DNA from: Aquabacterium sp.
GTDB lineage: Bacteria > Pseudomonadota > Gammaproteobacteria > Burkholderiales > Burkholderiaceae_C
Assembly: GCA_035438885.1 (NCBI GenBank)
Contig: DAORJC010000001.1
Span: forward strand, 1-62,391
Length of the DNA: 62,391 nt
Direction: 5' to 3'
A model generated the notes under the pieces. That model ran no database searches. It saw only the letters and a program-made list of their open reading frames with translations, and was not told the origin of the DNA. The position numbers were made by a program, and so were the translations under genes. Each line of letters opens with the position of its first letter. The first letter of the stretch is position 1. Positions 1 to 9,559 of this stretch are shown piece after piece.

Positions 1-983
1 TGTGCCTTGTCTCGCTTGCATTGGACCTGAGCAGCCGCTTTCCTTTTGTCATGGCCGGCAATCGGGACGAGTACTTTGAGCGCCCCTCTGCTCGGCTCGG
101 GTGGTGGGAAACGGCCGGTCAGTCGCCCATCCTGGGTGGCCGCGATCAGCAAGCCGGCGGGACCTGGATGGGGCTGACCGCCACCGGGCGGCTGGCCGTG
201 GTGACCAACTACCGCCAACCCAGCAAGGACGACAAGGCGGCCCCCTCACGTGGTGAGATCGTGCCGCTCTGGCTGCGCGGGCACAAACCCATGCATGAGC
301 TGTGGCCCCAACTGGCCATGACCGGCTACAACGGCTTCAACATGCTGGCGCTGGACTTTGCGCAAGGCGAATGTTTCTGGGTCTCCAACACGGCGCGCTA
401 CCCGCAGCGCCTGGACAAAGGCCTCTACGGCCTGTCCAACGGCCACCTGGATGCGGACTGGCCCAAGGTGCGCCACCTGAAGGCGCACACCAAAGCCGCC
501 ATGGCCGAGTGCACGACCGTGGACGACCTGGCCATGCAGTTGTTTGAAGCGCTGGCCGACACCACCGTGGCCCCCGATGACCAACTGCCCCACACCGGCA
601 TCCCGATCGACTGGGAGCGAATGTTGTCGCCCGCATTCATTCGCACCCCGGATGGCAGTTACGGCACGCGCAGCTCGACCCTGGTGATCACCGAGCGGGT
701 GAACAAGCGCCTGGTCACCCACGTGTTTGAACGCACCTACAGCAATGGCGCCCGAATGGCACTGCTGCGCCGGGTCACGCTCAAGAACTGGCCCCCCCGG
801 CACACCATGCAGGCCGACCAGTTGGCCAAGCTGGACCAGGCCTTGCTGCCCTCGGCCATGCGCCACGACGAACGGTTCGAGAGCAGCGAAGTGCTCGAAG
901 ACGAAGGCCATGCCCTGTCGGAGACGCCCGTGCGCAAGACCCGCGCGCGCAGCCTGATCAAACCCGGCCGAAGCGCACGCTGA
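1..983 (+). CDS. NRDE/TANGO2-family protein (Ntn-hydrolase fold); start codon cut by the window edge
   Basis: The frame continues upstream of the ORF call as (A)TG-TGC-CTT-GTC, giving the family's M-C-L N-terminus. Motifs NRDEYFERP, GGTW, YNGFN, LSNG and YGTRSST are present. Confidence 0.9.
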   Translation, partial: CLVSLALDLSSRFPFVMAGNRDEYFERPSARLGWWETAGQSPILGGRDQQAGGTWMGLTATGRLAVVTNYRQPSKDDKAAPSRGEIVPLWLRGHKPMHELWPQLAMTGYNGFNMLALDFAQGECFWVSNTARYPQRLDKGLYGLSNGHLDADWPKVRHLKAHTKAAMAECTTVDDLAMQLFEALADTTVAPDDQLPHTGIPIDWERMLSPAFIRTPDGSYGTRSSTLVITERVNKRLVTHVFERTYSNGARMALLRRVTLKNWPPRHTMQADQLAKLDQALLPSAMRHDERFESSEVLEDEGHALSETPVRKTRARSLIKPGRSAR

Positions 984-992
984 GCGGCGTGG

Positions 993-1850
993 TCACAGAT
1001 CGCGCACCATCGTGATGTGCGGGATGCCGACCTCGTCAAAGACGTCGCCTGCGGGTTGGAACCCCGCCTTGGCGTAAAAGGCCTGCGCAGCACACTGGGC
1101 GTGAAGCACCACCCGCTCGATGCCCAGGCCCACGGCTGAATCCACCAGGGCCTGGAGCACCTGTTGCCCGGCACCTGCGCCCCGCATGGATCGGATCACG
1201 GCCATCCGGCCGATGCGAGCCTGCCCGGCGGGCTCACCCACCGTGATCAGGCGGCCGGTGGCCAGAGGCAGCCCGGCCAGGTTGGTCAGCACGGCATGCA
1301 GGGCCTGCTCGTCATCGGCGTCCCACTCTTCATCGTCGGGCACGCCCTGCTCCTGCACAAAGACCGCGCTTCGCAAGGGCCGAGCCTGAGGCGCCATCTG
1401 TGCCCAGGAACCCAGCAAGACCTGCAGCACGGGACGGCCTTCGGCCTGGGCCGAGATCTGGTCCCGAACCACCTGGGGCACGGCTTGCGGCCGCCCGGTG
1501 CTCAAGGAGGTGTAGACGTAAACGGCCTGCCCCTCTACCAGGGTGCGGTGATCGCACTGCACCGCCCAGGCCATGGTGATGGACGAGTTGCCGATGCGCT
1601 CGCAGCGCAGCCCCACCTCCAGCCAGTCATCCAGTCGGGCCGGAGCGCTGTAGGACAACTGATGCTGGCGCACATAGATGTCGCCATCGAGATGACGCAA
1701 GCCATCCGGATACGGCAGCCCCACGGCGCGCCAGTATTCCGAGATGGCCACGTCCAGATACGTCAGGTAGTGGCCATTGAAAACCACCTGCTGTGGGTCG
1801 ACCTCCGCCCAGCGCACCCGCAGGCGGTGGGTGAAGGCAGCCCCGATCAC
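993..1850 (-). CDS. YbgC/FadM-type acyl-CoA thioesterase fused to a C-terminal GNAT acetyltransferase
   Basis: N-terminal hotdog motif VRWAEVDPQQVVFNGHYLTYLD. C-terminal GNAT motifs LRSAVFVQEQGVP, RIGRMAV..SMRGAGAG and FYAKAGF...EVGIPH. Overlaps the fadD stop by 4 bp. Confidence 0.85.
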   Translation of the reverse strand: MIGAAFTHRLRVRWAEVDPQQVVFNGHYLTYLDVAISEYWRAVGLPYPDGLRHLDGDIYVRQHQLSYSAPARLDDWLEVGLRCERIGNSSITMAWAVQCDHRTLVEGQAVYVYTSLSTGRPQAVPQVVRDQISAQAEGRPVLQVLLGSWAQMAPQARPLRSAVFVQEQGVPDDEEWDADDEQALHAVLTNLAGLPLATGRLITVGEPAGQARIGRMAVIRSMRGAGAGQQVLQALVDSAVGLGIERVVLHAQCAAQAFYAKAGFQPAGDVFDEVGIPHITMVRDL

Positions 1851-3601
1851 TTGTTGCTGTCGCGCAGTTCGCGGCGCAGGATCTTGCCCACGGGCGACTT
1901 GGGCAGCTCTTCGCTGCGGAACTCGACGATGCGGGGGATCTTGTAGCCGGTCAGGGACTTGCGGCAGTGCTCGATGATGCTGGCCTGGGTCAGGCCAGGC
2001 TCGCGCGGCACGATGATGACCTTGACGCGCTCGCCCGCCACGGGGTCTGGCACACCGATGGCGGCCACTTCCTTGACGTTGGGATGCGAGGCGATCACGT
2101 CCTCGATCTCGTTGGGGTACACATTGAAGCCCGAGACCAGGATCATGTCCTTCTTGCGGTCCACGATCTTGATGAAGCCCTTCTCGTCCATCACGGCGAT
2201 GTCACCGGTGGCCAGCCAGCCGTCGGCGTCGATCACTTCGGCTGTGGCTTCAGGCCGGTTCCAGTAGCCCTTCATGACCTGAGGACCACGCACGCACAGC
2301 TCGCCAGGCTCACCGATGTGGGCCCACGAGCCGTCGTCCAGGCGCATGCGCACTTCGGTCGAGGGCACCGGCACGCCGATGGAGCCGGTGAACACCGGAC
2401 CGGGCTTGCTGATGTCCACGGGGGCTTGCGTCACGATGGGCGAGCACTCGGTCAGGCCGTAGCCCTCGACAATGGTCTTGCCGGTGACCTGGTGCCAGCG
2501 CTCGGCAATGCTGCGCTGCAGGGCCATGCCGCCTGCGATCGAGAGCTTGAGGTTGGAAAAATCGCGCTTGCGGAAATCTGGATCGTCCAGGAAGGAGGAG
2601 TACAGCGTGTTCACGCAGGTGATGCCGCTGAAGTTCTCGTTCTTGAGGATCATCATCACGCGCTTGGTGTCGCGTGGGTTGGCGATCAGGATGTTGCGAC
2701 CGCCGAGTGCCATGAAGATCAGGCAGTTCACGGTCAGCGAGAAGATGTGATACAGCGGCAGCGGCGTGACCACGGTTTCGGTGTCACCCGTGAGCTGGCC
2801 TTCGGCAAAGGCCAGGGCCTGCTGGCAGTTGGCCAGCACGTTGCGGTGCGTCAGCATGGCACCCTTGGCCACGCCGGTGGTGCCACCGGTGTACTGCAGG
2901 AAAGCCAGGTCAGACTGATCGACATCCACCGGCTTGAGTGCCACCTTGGCGCCCGCCTTGAGGGTGTCACGCATCCAGACAGCGCCGGGCAACTGGTAGG
3001 CCGGCACCATTTTCTGGACGTAGCGCAGCACGAAGTTCAGGGCGCGGCCCTTGAAGTTGACGATGCCATCGGACAGCAGGTCACCGATCTGGGTCAGCAC
3101 CACGCGCTTGACCTGGGTGCCGGGCATGGCGTCTTGCAGGGTCTTGGCAAAGGTCTCCATCACGATGATGGTCTCAGCGCCGGAATCCTTGAGTTGGTGG
3201 TTCAGTTCACGCGCGGTGTACAGCGGGTTCACGTTGACCACCACGGCGCCAATGCGCAACACGGCGAACAGAGCGATGGGGTACTGGAAGGTGTTGGGCA
3301 GCATGATCGCGACGCGATCGCCCTTCTTGATGCCCTGGCTTTGCAGCCAGCCGGCAAAGGCCTTGACCAGGCGGTCCAGCCGGTCGTAGGACATCTCGGT
3401 GCCGATGCTGACGAAGCCAGGGCGATTCCTGAACTTGTCCACGCACTCGTCAAAGTACTGCCCGAGAGACTTGTACTTGTTCAGGTCGATGTCAGCGGGC
3501 ACACCCTCCACGTAGGAAGACAACCAGATCCGGTTGGTCGTGCCATCGGGGTTGACGATGGACTGCTGGGAAGGCACTGCGGCCGCGCTGGCTTGCGTCA
3601 T
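1847..3601 (-). CDS. fadD: Long-chain fatty acid-CoA ligase
   Basis: AMP-binding motifs QYTGGTTGVAKG, GYGLTE, TGD, DRKKD and PKSPVGKILRR. ATG at 3601 is preceded by an AGGAGA ribosome-binding site. Confidence 0.9.
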   Translation of the reverse strand: MTQASAAAVPSQQSIVNPDGTTNRIWLSSYVEGVPADIDLNKYKSLGQYFDECVDKFRNRPGFVSIGTEMSYDRLDRLVKAFAGWLQSQGIKKGDRVAIMLPNTFQYPIALFAVLRIGAVVVNVNPLYTARELNHQLKDSGAETIIVMETFAKTLQDAMPGTQVKRVVLTQIGDLLSDGIVNFKGRALNFVLRYVQKMVPAYQLPGAVWMRDTLKAGAKVALKPVDVDQSDLAFLQYTGGTTGVAKGAMLTHRNVLANCQQALAFAEGQLTGDTETVVTPLPLYHIFSLTVNCLIFMALGGRNILIANPRDTKRVMMILKNENFSGITCVNTLYSSFLDDPDFRKRDFSNLKLSIAGGMALQRSIAERWHQVTGKTIVEGYGLTECSPIVTQAPVDISKPGPVFTGSIGVPVPSTEVRMRLDDGSWAHIGEPGELCVRGPQVMKGYWNRPEATAEVIDADGWLATGDIAVMDEKGFIKIVDRKKDMILVSGFNVYPNEIEDVIASHPNVKEVAAIGVPDPVAGERVKVIIVPREPGLTQASIIEHCRKSLTGYKIPRIVEFRSEELPKSPVGKILRRELRDSNK

Positions 3602-3703
3602 CAAGAAGTCTCCTGGGCTCAACAGCTGAACCCTTGTATTCACGAACCTCGCCGAACCCGCCGCCTCTGACCAAAGTCAATTCAGGAGCGGCGAGGGTCA
3701 GCG

Positions 3704-3750
3704 ATTGTAAAAGTCACCCAAGGGTGTTCACCTAGGTGGAACCCTTGGGT
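3704..3750 (-). promoter_or_regulatory. Putative internal fadD promoter (-10 TACAAT) with an adjacent 35-bp near-perfect palindrome
   Basis: attgta at 3704-3709 reads TACAAT on the minus strand. Palindrome acccaagggt-gtt-cacctaggtg-ga-acccttgggt at 3716-3750. Confidence 0.45.
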
Positions 3751-3766
3751 TTGAAGCCCGGGCGAA

Positions 3767-5059
3767 TCAACGCTCGATGATCGCGACCACGCCTTGACCA
3801 CCTGCCGCGCAGATGGAGATCAGGCCGCGGCCCGATCCCTTCTGAGCCAGCATCTTGGCCAGGGTCGCCACGATGCGACCGCCTGTGGCTGCAAACGGGT
3901 GACCCGCCGCGAGCGAAGAGCCATTGACGTTGAGCTTGCTGCGATCGATCGAACCCAGCGGCTTGTCCAGGCCCAGCTTTTCCTTGCAGTACTTGGGATC
4001 TTCCCAAGCCTTCAGCGTGCACAGCACTTGAGCTGCAAAGGCTTCGTGGATTTCATAGAAATCAAAGTCCTGCAGGGTCAGACCGGCGCGGGCCAGCATG
4101 CGGGGCACGGCATAGGCCGGCGCCATCAGCAGGCCTTCCTTTTGCGGACCAAAGAAGTCCACGGCAGCCACTTCACTGTGCGTGATGTAGGCCTGCACGG
4201 GCAGGTTGCGGGCCTTGGCCCATTCTTCGCTGCCCAGCAGCACGGCCGAGGCGCCATCGGTCAGCGGGGTCGAGTTGGCAGGCGTCAGCGTGCCCTGGCC
4301 AGGGGCGACCTTCTTGTCAAAGCAGGGCTTGAGCGAGCGCAGCTTGTCGATGGTGATGCCTTCGCGCAGGTTGTTGTCCTTGGTCACGCCCTTGTAGGGG
4401 GTCATCAGGTCGGCAAAGAAGCCTTCCTTGTAGGCGCGGGCCAGGTTGGTGTGCGAGGTCAGGGCCAGTTGGTCCTGATCTTCGCGGGGGATGCTCCACT
4501 CGCGGGCCATCAGCTCGGCATGCTCGCCCATCGAATAGCCGGTGCGTGGCTCGCCGTTGCGCGGGATGGCCGGCTTGACCAGCATCGAAGGCCGAATGGC
4601 CGACATGACCTTGAGCTGGGCCATCGTGCCCTTGGCGCGGTTGGCCTGCATCAGGATCTTGCGCATCTTTTCGTTGATGCCGATGGGTGCGTCAGACGTC
4701 GTGTCCACACCGCCGCCAATGCCGGACTCGATGTAGCCCAGCGCGATCTTGTTGGCCACCAGCATGATCGCCTCCAGGCCGGTGCCGCAGGCTTGCTGCA
4801 GGTCGTAGGCCGGGGTCTGGGGCGACAGCGTGGTCGACAGGACCGTCTCGCGAACCAGGTTGAAGTCACGCGAATGCTTCATGACGGCGCCGGCCGCGAC
4901 ATCGCCCAGGCGCTCGCCGTGCAGGTTGAAGCGGTCCACCAGACCCTGGAGGGTGGCCGTCAGCATGTCCTGGTTGGACTCGTGCGAGTAGACGGTGTTG
5001 GAGCGTGCGAAGGGGATGCGGTTGCCACCAATGATGGCGACGCGACGAACGTTTTGCAT
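3767..5059 (-). CDS. Acetyl-CoA C-acyltransferase (thiolase, FadI/FadA2-like)
   Basis: Motifs RIPFAR, QACGTG (catalytic Cys), HEAFA, GHPFAATG and CAAGGQG. Start MQNVRRVAIIGG at 5059. Confidence 0.92.
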   Translation of the reverse strand: MQNVRRVAIIGGNRIPFARSNTVYSHESNQDMLTATLQGLVDRFNLHGERLGDVAAGAVMKHSRDFNLVRETVLSTTLSPQTPAYDLQQACGTGLEAIMLVANKIALGYIESGIGGGVDTTSDAPIGINEKMRKILMQANRAKGTMAQLKVMSAIRPSMLVKPAIPRNGEPRTGYSMGEHAELMAREWSIPREDQDQLALTSHTNLARAYKEGFFADLMTPYKGVTKDNNLREGITIDKLRSLKPCFDKKVAPGQGTLTPANSTPLTDGASAVLLGSEEWAKARNLPVQAYITHSEVAAVDFFGPQKEGLLMAPAYAVPRMLARAGLTLQDFDFYEIHEAFAAQVLCTLKAWEDPKYCKEKLGLDKPLGSIDRSKLNVNGSSLAAGHPFAATGGRIVATLAKMLAQKGSGRGLISICAAGGQGVVAIIER

Positions 5060-5112
5060 GGCTTGATCCTGTGCAGGTACAAATGGGGTTGATGGGGTCT
5101 GGGCCGTGCGCG

Positions 5113-5973
5113 TCAGAACGTCACGCGGCCACGCAGATGGGGCTTGTCGCCCTTGGCATTGCGCACCTCGAACAGGGCGTTGCCCTCTTCTCGGGCGGCC
5201 CACAGCGATGCGCGCGCAGGCAGGAACAAGGGCGTCTTGAACTCGACCATGGCTTCGGCCTGCTCGACCGGCTCACGCGGCATGAGGGTGGCCAGGGCGC
5301 GAGCCTTGGTCCACATGCCGTGCGCAATGGCCTTGCGAAAACCCAGCATCTTGGCCGTCAAGGCCGACAGGTGGATGGGATTGATGTCACCGGAGACCAG
5401 GCCATAGCGGCGCCCGATGCCCCCGGCCGCATAAAAGTCCGCCTGATGAGACAGGGGGGACTCGTCCACCAGTGAGCTCTCGAAGGGCACCCCCTGCGGG
5501 TTGCGCACGGCCAGGCGCAGCAGGTACCACGAGCTGTCCCAGACCAGTTCGCCGGCGCGCAAGGCACGCGCATGCAGCACCACGACCTGGCCCTTCTCGT
5601 GCGCTTGCAGCTCTCCGGTGTCCATCTCGTAGCGCAACTCGTCGCCCACATCGATGCGCTGGTACTGCCTTGCCCGATTGGCCAGGTGCACCATGCCCAT
5701 GGTGGGCCACGGGAAGTTGCGCGAGATCATGAACCGCATGGCCAGCGGAAACGCCTGCAGGTGCGGATACAGCATGGGCACGCCATGGGCCCTGGTGAAC
5801 CCGCACACCTTGGAATAGGCCGCCACGTGCCGCGCTTCGATCATCACCTTGGGGCGAACATAGGTGAGTTCGGGCAAGGCGGTGATCGGGCCGGGGCGTC
5901 GGCTCAGGGCTCGCACGTGGCCGATGTTCTCGGCCATGGCGGTCTGCAAACGGGGTACTTCAATGATCTTCAT
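5113..5973 (-). CDS. MaoC-like double-hotdog (R)-specific hydratase/dehydratase (HtdX-like)
   Basis: Hydratase-2 motif YGLVSGDINPIHLS...GFRKAIAHGMW. Confidence 0.88.
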   Translation of the reverse strand: MKIIEVPRLQTAMAENIGHVRALSRRPGPITALPELTYVRPKVMIEARHVAAYSKVCGFTRAHGVPMLYPHLQAFPLAMRFMISRNFPWPTMGMVHLANRARQYQRIDVGDELRYEMDTGELQAHEKGQVVVLHARALRAGELVWDSSWYLLRLAVRNPQGVPFESSLVDESPLSHQADFYAAGGIGRRYGLVSGDINPIHLSALTAKMLGFRKAIAHGMWTKARALATLMPREPVEQAEAMVEFKTPLFLPARASLWAAREEGNALFEVRNAKGDKPHLRGRVTF

Positions 5974-5988
5974 GACGGCTGGACCGGG

Positions 5989-7398
5989 TCAGGCACCGAG
6001 CAGGCTCTGGCCGCACACACGCACCACGTTGCCCGTGATGCCGCTGGAGGCGGGGCTGGCAAACCAGCCGATGGCCTCGGCCACGTCCACGGGCTGACCG
6101 CCCTGGCTCATGGAGTTCATGCGGCGACCTGCTTCGCGGATGGCAAAGGGCACGGCTGCCGTCATCTGCGTTTCAATGAAACCAGGCGCCACCGCGTTGA
6201 TCGTGATGCCCTTTTGTGCGTAGATGGGCGCGTTGCTTTGCACCATGCCGACCACACCAGCCTTGGAGACGGCATAGTTGGTCTGACCCATGTTGCCGGA
6301 GATGCCGGAGATGGACGAGACGCACACGATGCGGCCACCCGGCTTGAGGGCACCTGATTCAACCATGGCGTCGTTGATGCGCTCCTGGGTCGACAGGTTC
6401 ACATTGACCACCAGTTGCCACAGGTGTTCCTTCATGTTGGCGATGGTCTTGTCGCGGGTGATGCCGGCGTTGTGCACGATCACGTCCCAGCCGCCCTGGG
6501 CCTTGGCGGCCTCGACCAGCTTCTGGGGGGCATCAGCCGCGCCAATGTCCAGCGCAATGGCAGTGCCGCCCAGCTTCTTGGCCACTTCATCGACACCCGC
6601 CTGGGCCTGGGGCACGTCCAGCACGATGACCTGGGCACCGTCGCGGGCCATGGCTTCAGCGATGGCCGCACCAATGCCGCGCGAGGCGCCGGTGACCAGC
6701 ACCTTCTTGCCCGCCAGGGGCTGATTCCAGTCGGCAGGCAGGGTCATGTCGCCCACCGGCTGGCCAATGCGAATCACCTGGCCGGACACATAGGTCGAGC
6801 GGGGCGAGAGCAGGAAACGCAGCGTCGACTCGATCTGGGCTTCAGCACCCTCGGCCACGTACACCAGTTGAGCGTTCGAGCCCTTCTTGAGCTCCTTGCC
6901 CAGGGAACGAGTCAGCCCCTCCAGTGAGCGCTGGACCGTGGCCTTGCGGGGCGACGAACAGGACTCGGGTGGGCGACCGATCACCACCACACGGCCACAA
7001 GGCAGCAAGGAGCGGGCGGCGTCATGGAAGAACCAGTACAGGGCATCGCTCTGGGTGCTGTCGCTCAGGCCGGTGGCATCAAACACCAGGGCCTTGACCT
7101 TCTCGCCTGGCTGGCCATTGGTGCCCCAACGACCGGTGGTCAGGCCGGCCTTGTTGGCCACCGCGACCCACTGGGGCAGGCGGTCATGGGCCACGGTCTG
7201 TGCACCGATGGACTTGAACACCGAGGCCAGAGACTCCAGCAGTTGCGCATCGGCACTGCCGCCCACCAGAACCGAACCCTTGATGACCGGATCGCCCGCC
7301 TTGTACCGCTCCAGGGGCAAGGGCTTGGGCAGACCCAGCGCATTGACCAGCTTGGCGCCCATGGCCGAATTGGCGAAATCGATGTAACCGTCTTTCAT
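5989..7398 (-). CDS. High-molecular-weight 3-oxoacyl-(ACP/CoA) reductase (FabG4-like SDR)
   Basis: Degenerate N-terminal Rossmann domain plus a C-terminal SDR with TGASRGIG, HNAGITRD, YAVSK and PGFIET. Start MKDGYIDF at 7398. Confidence 0.88.
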   Translation of the reverse strand: MKDGYIDFANSAMGAKLVNALGLPKPLPLERYKAGDPVIKGSVLVGGSADAQLLESLASVFKSIGAQTVAHDRLPQWVAVANKAGLTTGRWGTNGQPGEKVKALVFDATGLSDSTQSDALYWFFHDAARSLLPCGRVVVIGRPPESCSSPRKATVQRSLEGLTRSLGKELKKGSNAQLVYVAEGAEAQIESTLRFLLSPRSTYVSGQVIRIGQPVGDMTLPADWNQPLAGKKVLVTGASRGIGAAIAEAMARDGAQVIVLDVPQAQAGVDEVAKKLGGTAIALDIGAADAPQKLVEAAKAQGGWDVIVHNAGITRDKTIANMKEHLWQLVVNVNLSTQERINDAMVESGALKPGGRIVCVSSISGISGNMGQTNYAVSKAGVVGMVQSNAPIYAQKGITINAVAPGFIETQMTAAVPFAIREAGRRMNSMSQGGQPVDVAEAIGWFASPASSGITGNVVRVCGQSLLGA

Positions 7399-7496
7399 GC
7401 GGATCTTTCTGGTGGTGGGTCTGCTGCGTGAACAGTCAACACAGACCGAGGTTGGGGAGTGAATCACCCGAACAGGGCGACTCGGCGACAAATGGA

Positions 7497-8243
7497 TCAG
7501 GCGTTGAGAGGCGCCTCTTCACGCGGAGGGGCGGCTTCAGACGCGTCGTGCAGGCGCACGATCTCGCTGAAGATGTTGGCTTTTTCAGGGGACGGCAGCG
7601 GCGCACGCAAGGCTGCCACCATGAGCGATGACAGGCGGCTGAGCAGGAACACCTCATCGGTGTGCCCCTGGGTGAAGTCCTTGATCAGGCGCTGCGTGTT
7701 GCCGCCGGCCAGGATGCCCGACAGCGCGCCCATGGCAAAGTGAAGCCGAAAACCCAGATCAGCCCGCTCCAGGTCAGGCAGCGTGCGCTGGAAAGCGACG
7801 AAGAACCGACCCAGCGTCTGGATGTAGTGGGTGTTGATGAAATCGCGGACCACCGGAGAAGGGTCTGTGTACGCCCGCCCCAGGAATTGCAGGAAGCGTC
7901 CGGACTGGGCTGAGTCGCCCTTGAACATGCGAACGGCCGGCAGGAACATGGCCGCCAGCACATGCTCGCAGGTGAGCGCATCGCCCTGCTCCAGTTCGAA
8001 CTTGTCGAGCAAATGGGTCCGCTGGTCATTGAGCGGATCGAGCTGGCGACCCAGCACCGCCTGGATCAGCGCATCCTTGCTGCCAAAGTGATAGTTCACC
8101 GCGGCCAGGTTGACGCCTGCCGCACTGGTGATCTGTCGCATGGACAGAGACTCAAAACCGCCAGAGACAAACAAGGCCTCTGCCGCATCGAGGATGCGCG
8201 TCTTGGTCGCTTGGGGCGTCAGCTTGGTGGTGGCGGATGTCAT
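7497..8243 (-). CDS. TetR-family regulator, PsrA-like
   Basis: HTH TKTRILDAAEALF...SMRQITSAAGVNLAAVNYHFGSKDAL. C-terminal LGRAYTD/RLHFAMGAL segments resemble PsrA. Heads the fatty-acid gene cluster. Confidence 0.85.
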   Translation of the reverse strand: MTSATTKLTPQATKTRILDAAEALFVSGGFESLSMRQITSAAGVNLAAVNYHFGSKDALIQAVLGRQLDPLNDQRTHLLDKFELEQGDALTCEHVLAAMFLPAVRMFKGDSAQSGRFLQFLGRAYTDPSPVVRDFINTHYIQTLGRFFVAFQRTLPDLERADLGFRLHFAMGALSGILAGGNTQRLIKDFTQGHTDEVFLLSRLSSLMVAALRAPLPSPEKANIFSEIVRLHDASEAAPPREEAPLNA

Positions 8244-8263
8244 GACTTGAGCCCTACGGACGT

Positions 8264-8281
8264 TTCAAACGCCCGTTTCAT
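8264..8281. promoter_or_regulatory. PsrA-type operator (CAAAC-N4-GTTTC)
   Basis: ttCAAACgcccGTTTCat, about 20 bp upstream of the tetR start; matches the PsrA consensus (C/G)AAAC-N2-4-GTTT(G/C). Confidence 0.65.
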
Positions 8282-8412
8282 GGGCGAGGCGTATGGTATT
8301 GCATTCACTTCGAACCAGCAGGCGTTTAAATAGACTGCTTGATCTATTGGCGACCGGCCGATGCCGCGCGTTAGAGTAGGCGAACTGCCTCACAAAGCAC
8401 CGCACCCACACC

Positions 8413-9549
8413 ATGGCGACCATCCTGTACCTCACTCAGATCCAGCTGGACTTCGGCGCCGTGCGCCTGCTCACCGCCGAATGCCATCGCATCGGCATTG
8501 CGCGTCCACTGGTGATCACCGACGCGGGCGTCAAGGCAGCCGGGGTGCTCCAGAAAGCGCTGGATGCGCTGACCGACCTGCCCGTCACGGTGTTTGACCA
8601 GACCCCTGCCAACCCGACGGAGGCCTCGGTGCGTGCGGCCCACGAGGTCTGGAAAGCCCATCAATGCGACGGCCTGATCGCCGTGGGCGGTGGCTCCAGC
8701 ATCGACCTGGCCAAGGGTCTGGCCATCATGGCCACCCACGAAGGCCCGTTGACCACCTATGCCACCATTGAAGGCGGCTCGCCCCGCATCACCGAGCAAG
8801 CCGCGCCCCTGATCGCCGTGCCCACCACGGCAGGCACCGGCAGCGAGGTGGCCCGAGGCGCCATCATCATCGTGGACGACGGCCGCAAGCTGGGCTTTCA
8901 CTCCTGGCACCTGATGCCCAAGGCCGCCATCTGTGACCCGGAACTGACCTTGGGCCTGCCCCCTGCCCTGACGGCCGCCACCGGCATGGATGCCATCGCC
9001 CACTGCATGGAAACCTTCATGGCACCGGCCTTCAACCCACCAGCAGACGGCATCGCCCTGGACGGGCTGGAGCGTGCCTGGGCGCACATCGAACGTGCCA
9101 CCCGAGACGGCAGCGACCGGGAGGCGCGCCTGAACATGATGAGCGCCTCCATGCAGGGCGCCATGGCCTTTCAGAAGGGTCTGGGGTGTGTGCACAGCCT
9201 GAGTCACAGCCTGGGCGGCGTCAACCCCAAACTGCACCACGGCACTTTGAACGCGATGTTCCTGCCCGCGGTGATCCAGTTCAACGCGCAAGCCGAATCG
9301 ATCCAGAAGGAGCGGCGCCTCCAGCGCATGGCCCACGCGATGGGGCTGGGCGCTGCCGATGACATCCCGGCCGCGATTCGCGACATGAACGCCCGCCTGG
9401 GTCTGGCCAAGGGGCTGGGCGAGCTGGGCGTGCAGCGTGAGTGGTTCGACCGGGTCGTCACGGGTGCGCTGGCCGACCACTGCCACAAGACCAACCCCCG
9501 CATCGCCACGACCAAGGACTACACCGACCTGCTTGAGCAGTCGATGTGA
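8413..9549 (+). CDS. gbd: Iron-containing alcohol dehydrogenase, 4-hydroxybutyrate dehydrogenase-like
   Basis: Motifs GGGSSID, PTTAGTGSE, DAIAHCME, HSLSH and HHG. Closely resembles Cupriavidus Gbd as I recall it (N-terminal YLTxIxLDFGA). Confidence 0.8.
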   Translation: MATILYLTQIQLDFGAVRLLTAECHRIGIARPLVITDAGVKAAGVLQKALDALTDLPVTVFDQTPANPTEASVRAAHEVWKAHQCDGLIAVGGGSSIDLAKGLAIMATHEGPLTTYATIEGGSPRITEQAAPLIAVPTTAGTGSEVARGAIIIVDDGRKLGFHSWHLMPKAAICDPELTLGLPPALTAATGMDAIAHCMETFMAPAFNPPADGIALDGLERAWAHIERATRDGSDREARLNMMSASMQGAMAFQKGLGCVHSLSHSLGGVNPKLHHGTLNAMFLPAVIQFNAQAESIQKERRLQRMAHAMGLGAADDIPAAIRDMNARLGLAKGLGELGVQREWFDRVVTGALADHCHKTNPRIATTKDYTDLLEQSM

Positions 9550-9559
9550 CGGCCTGATC

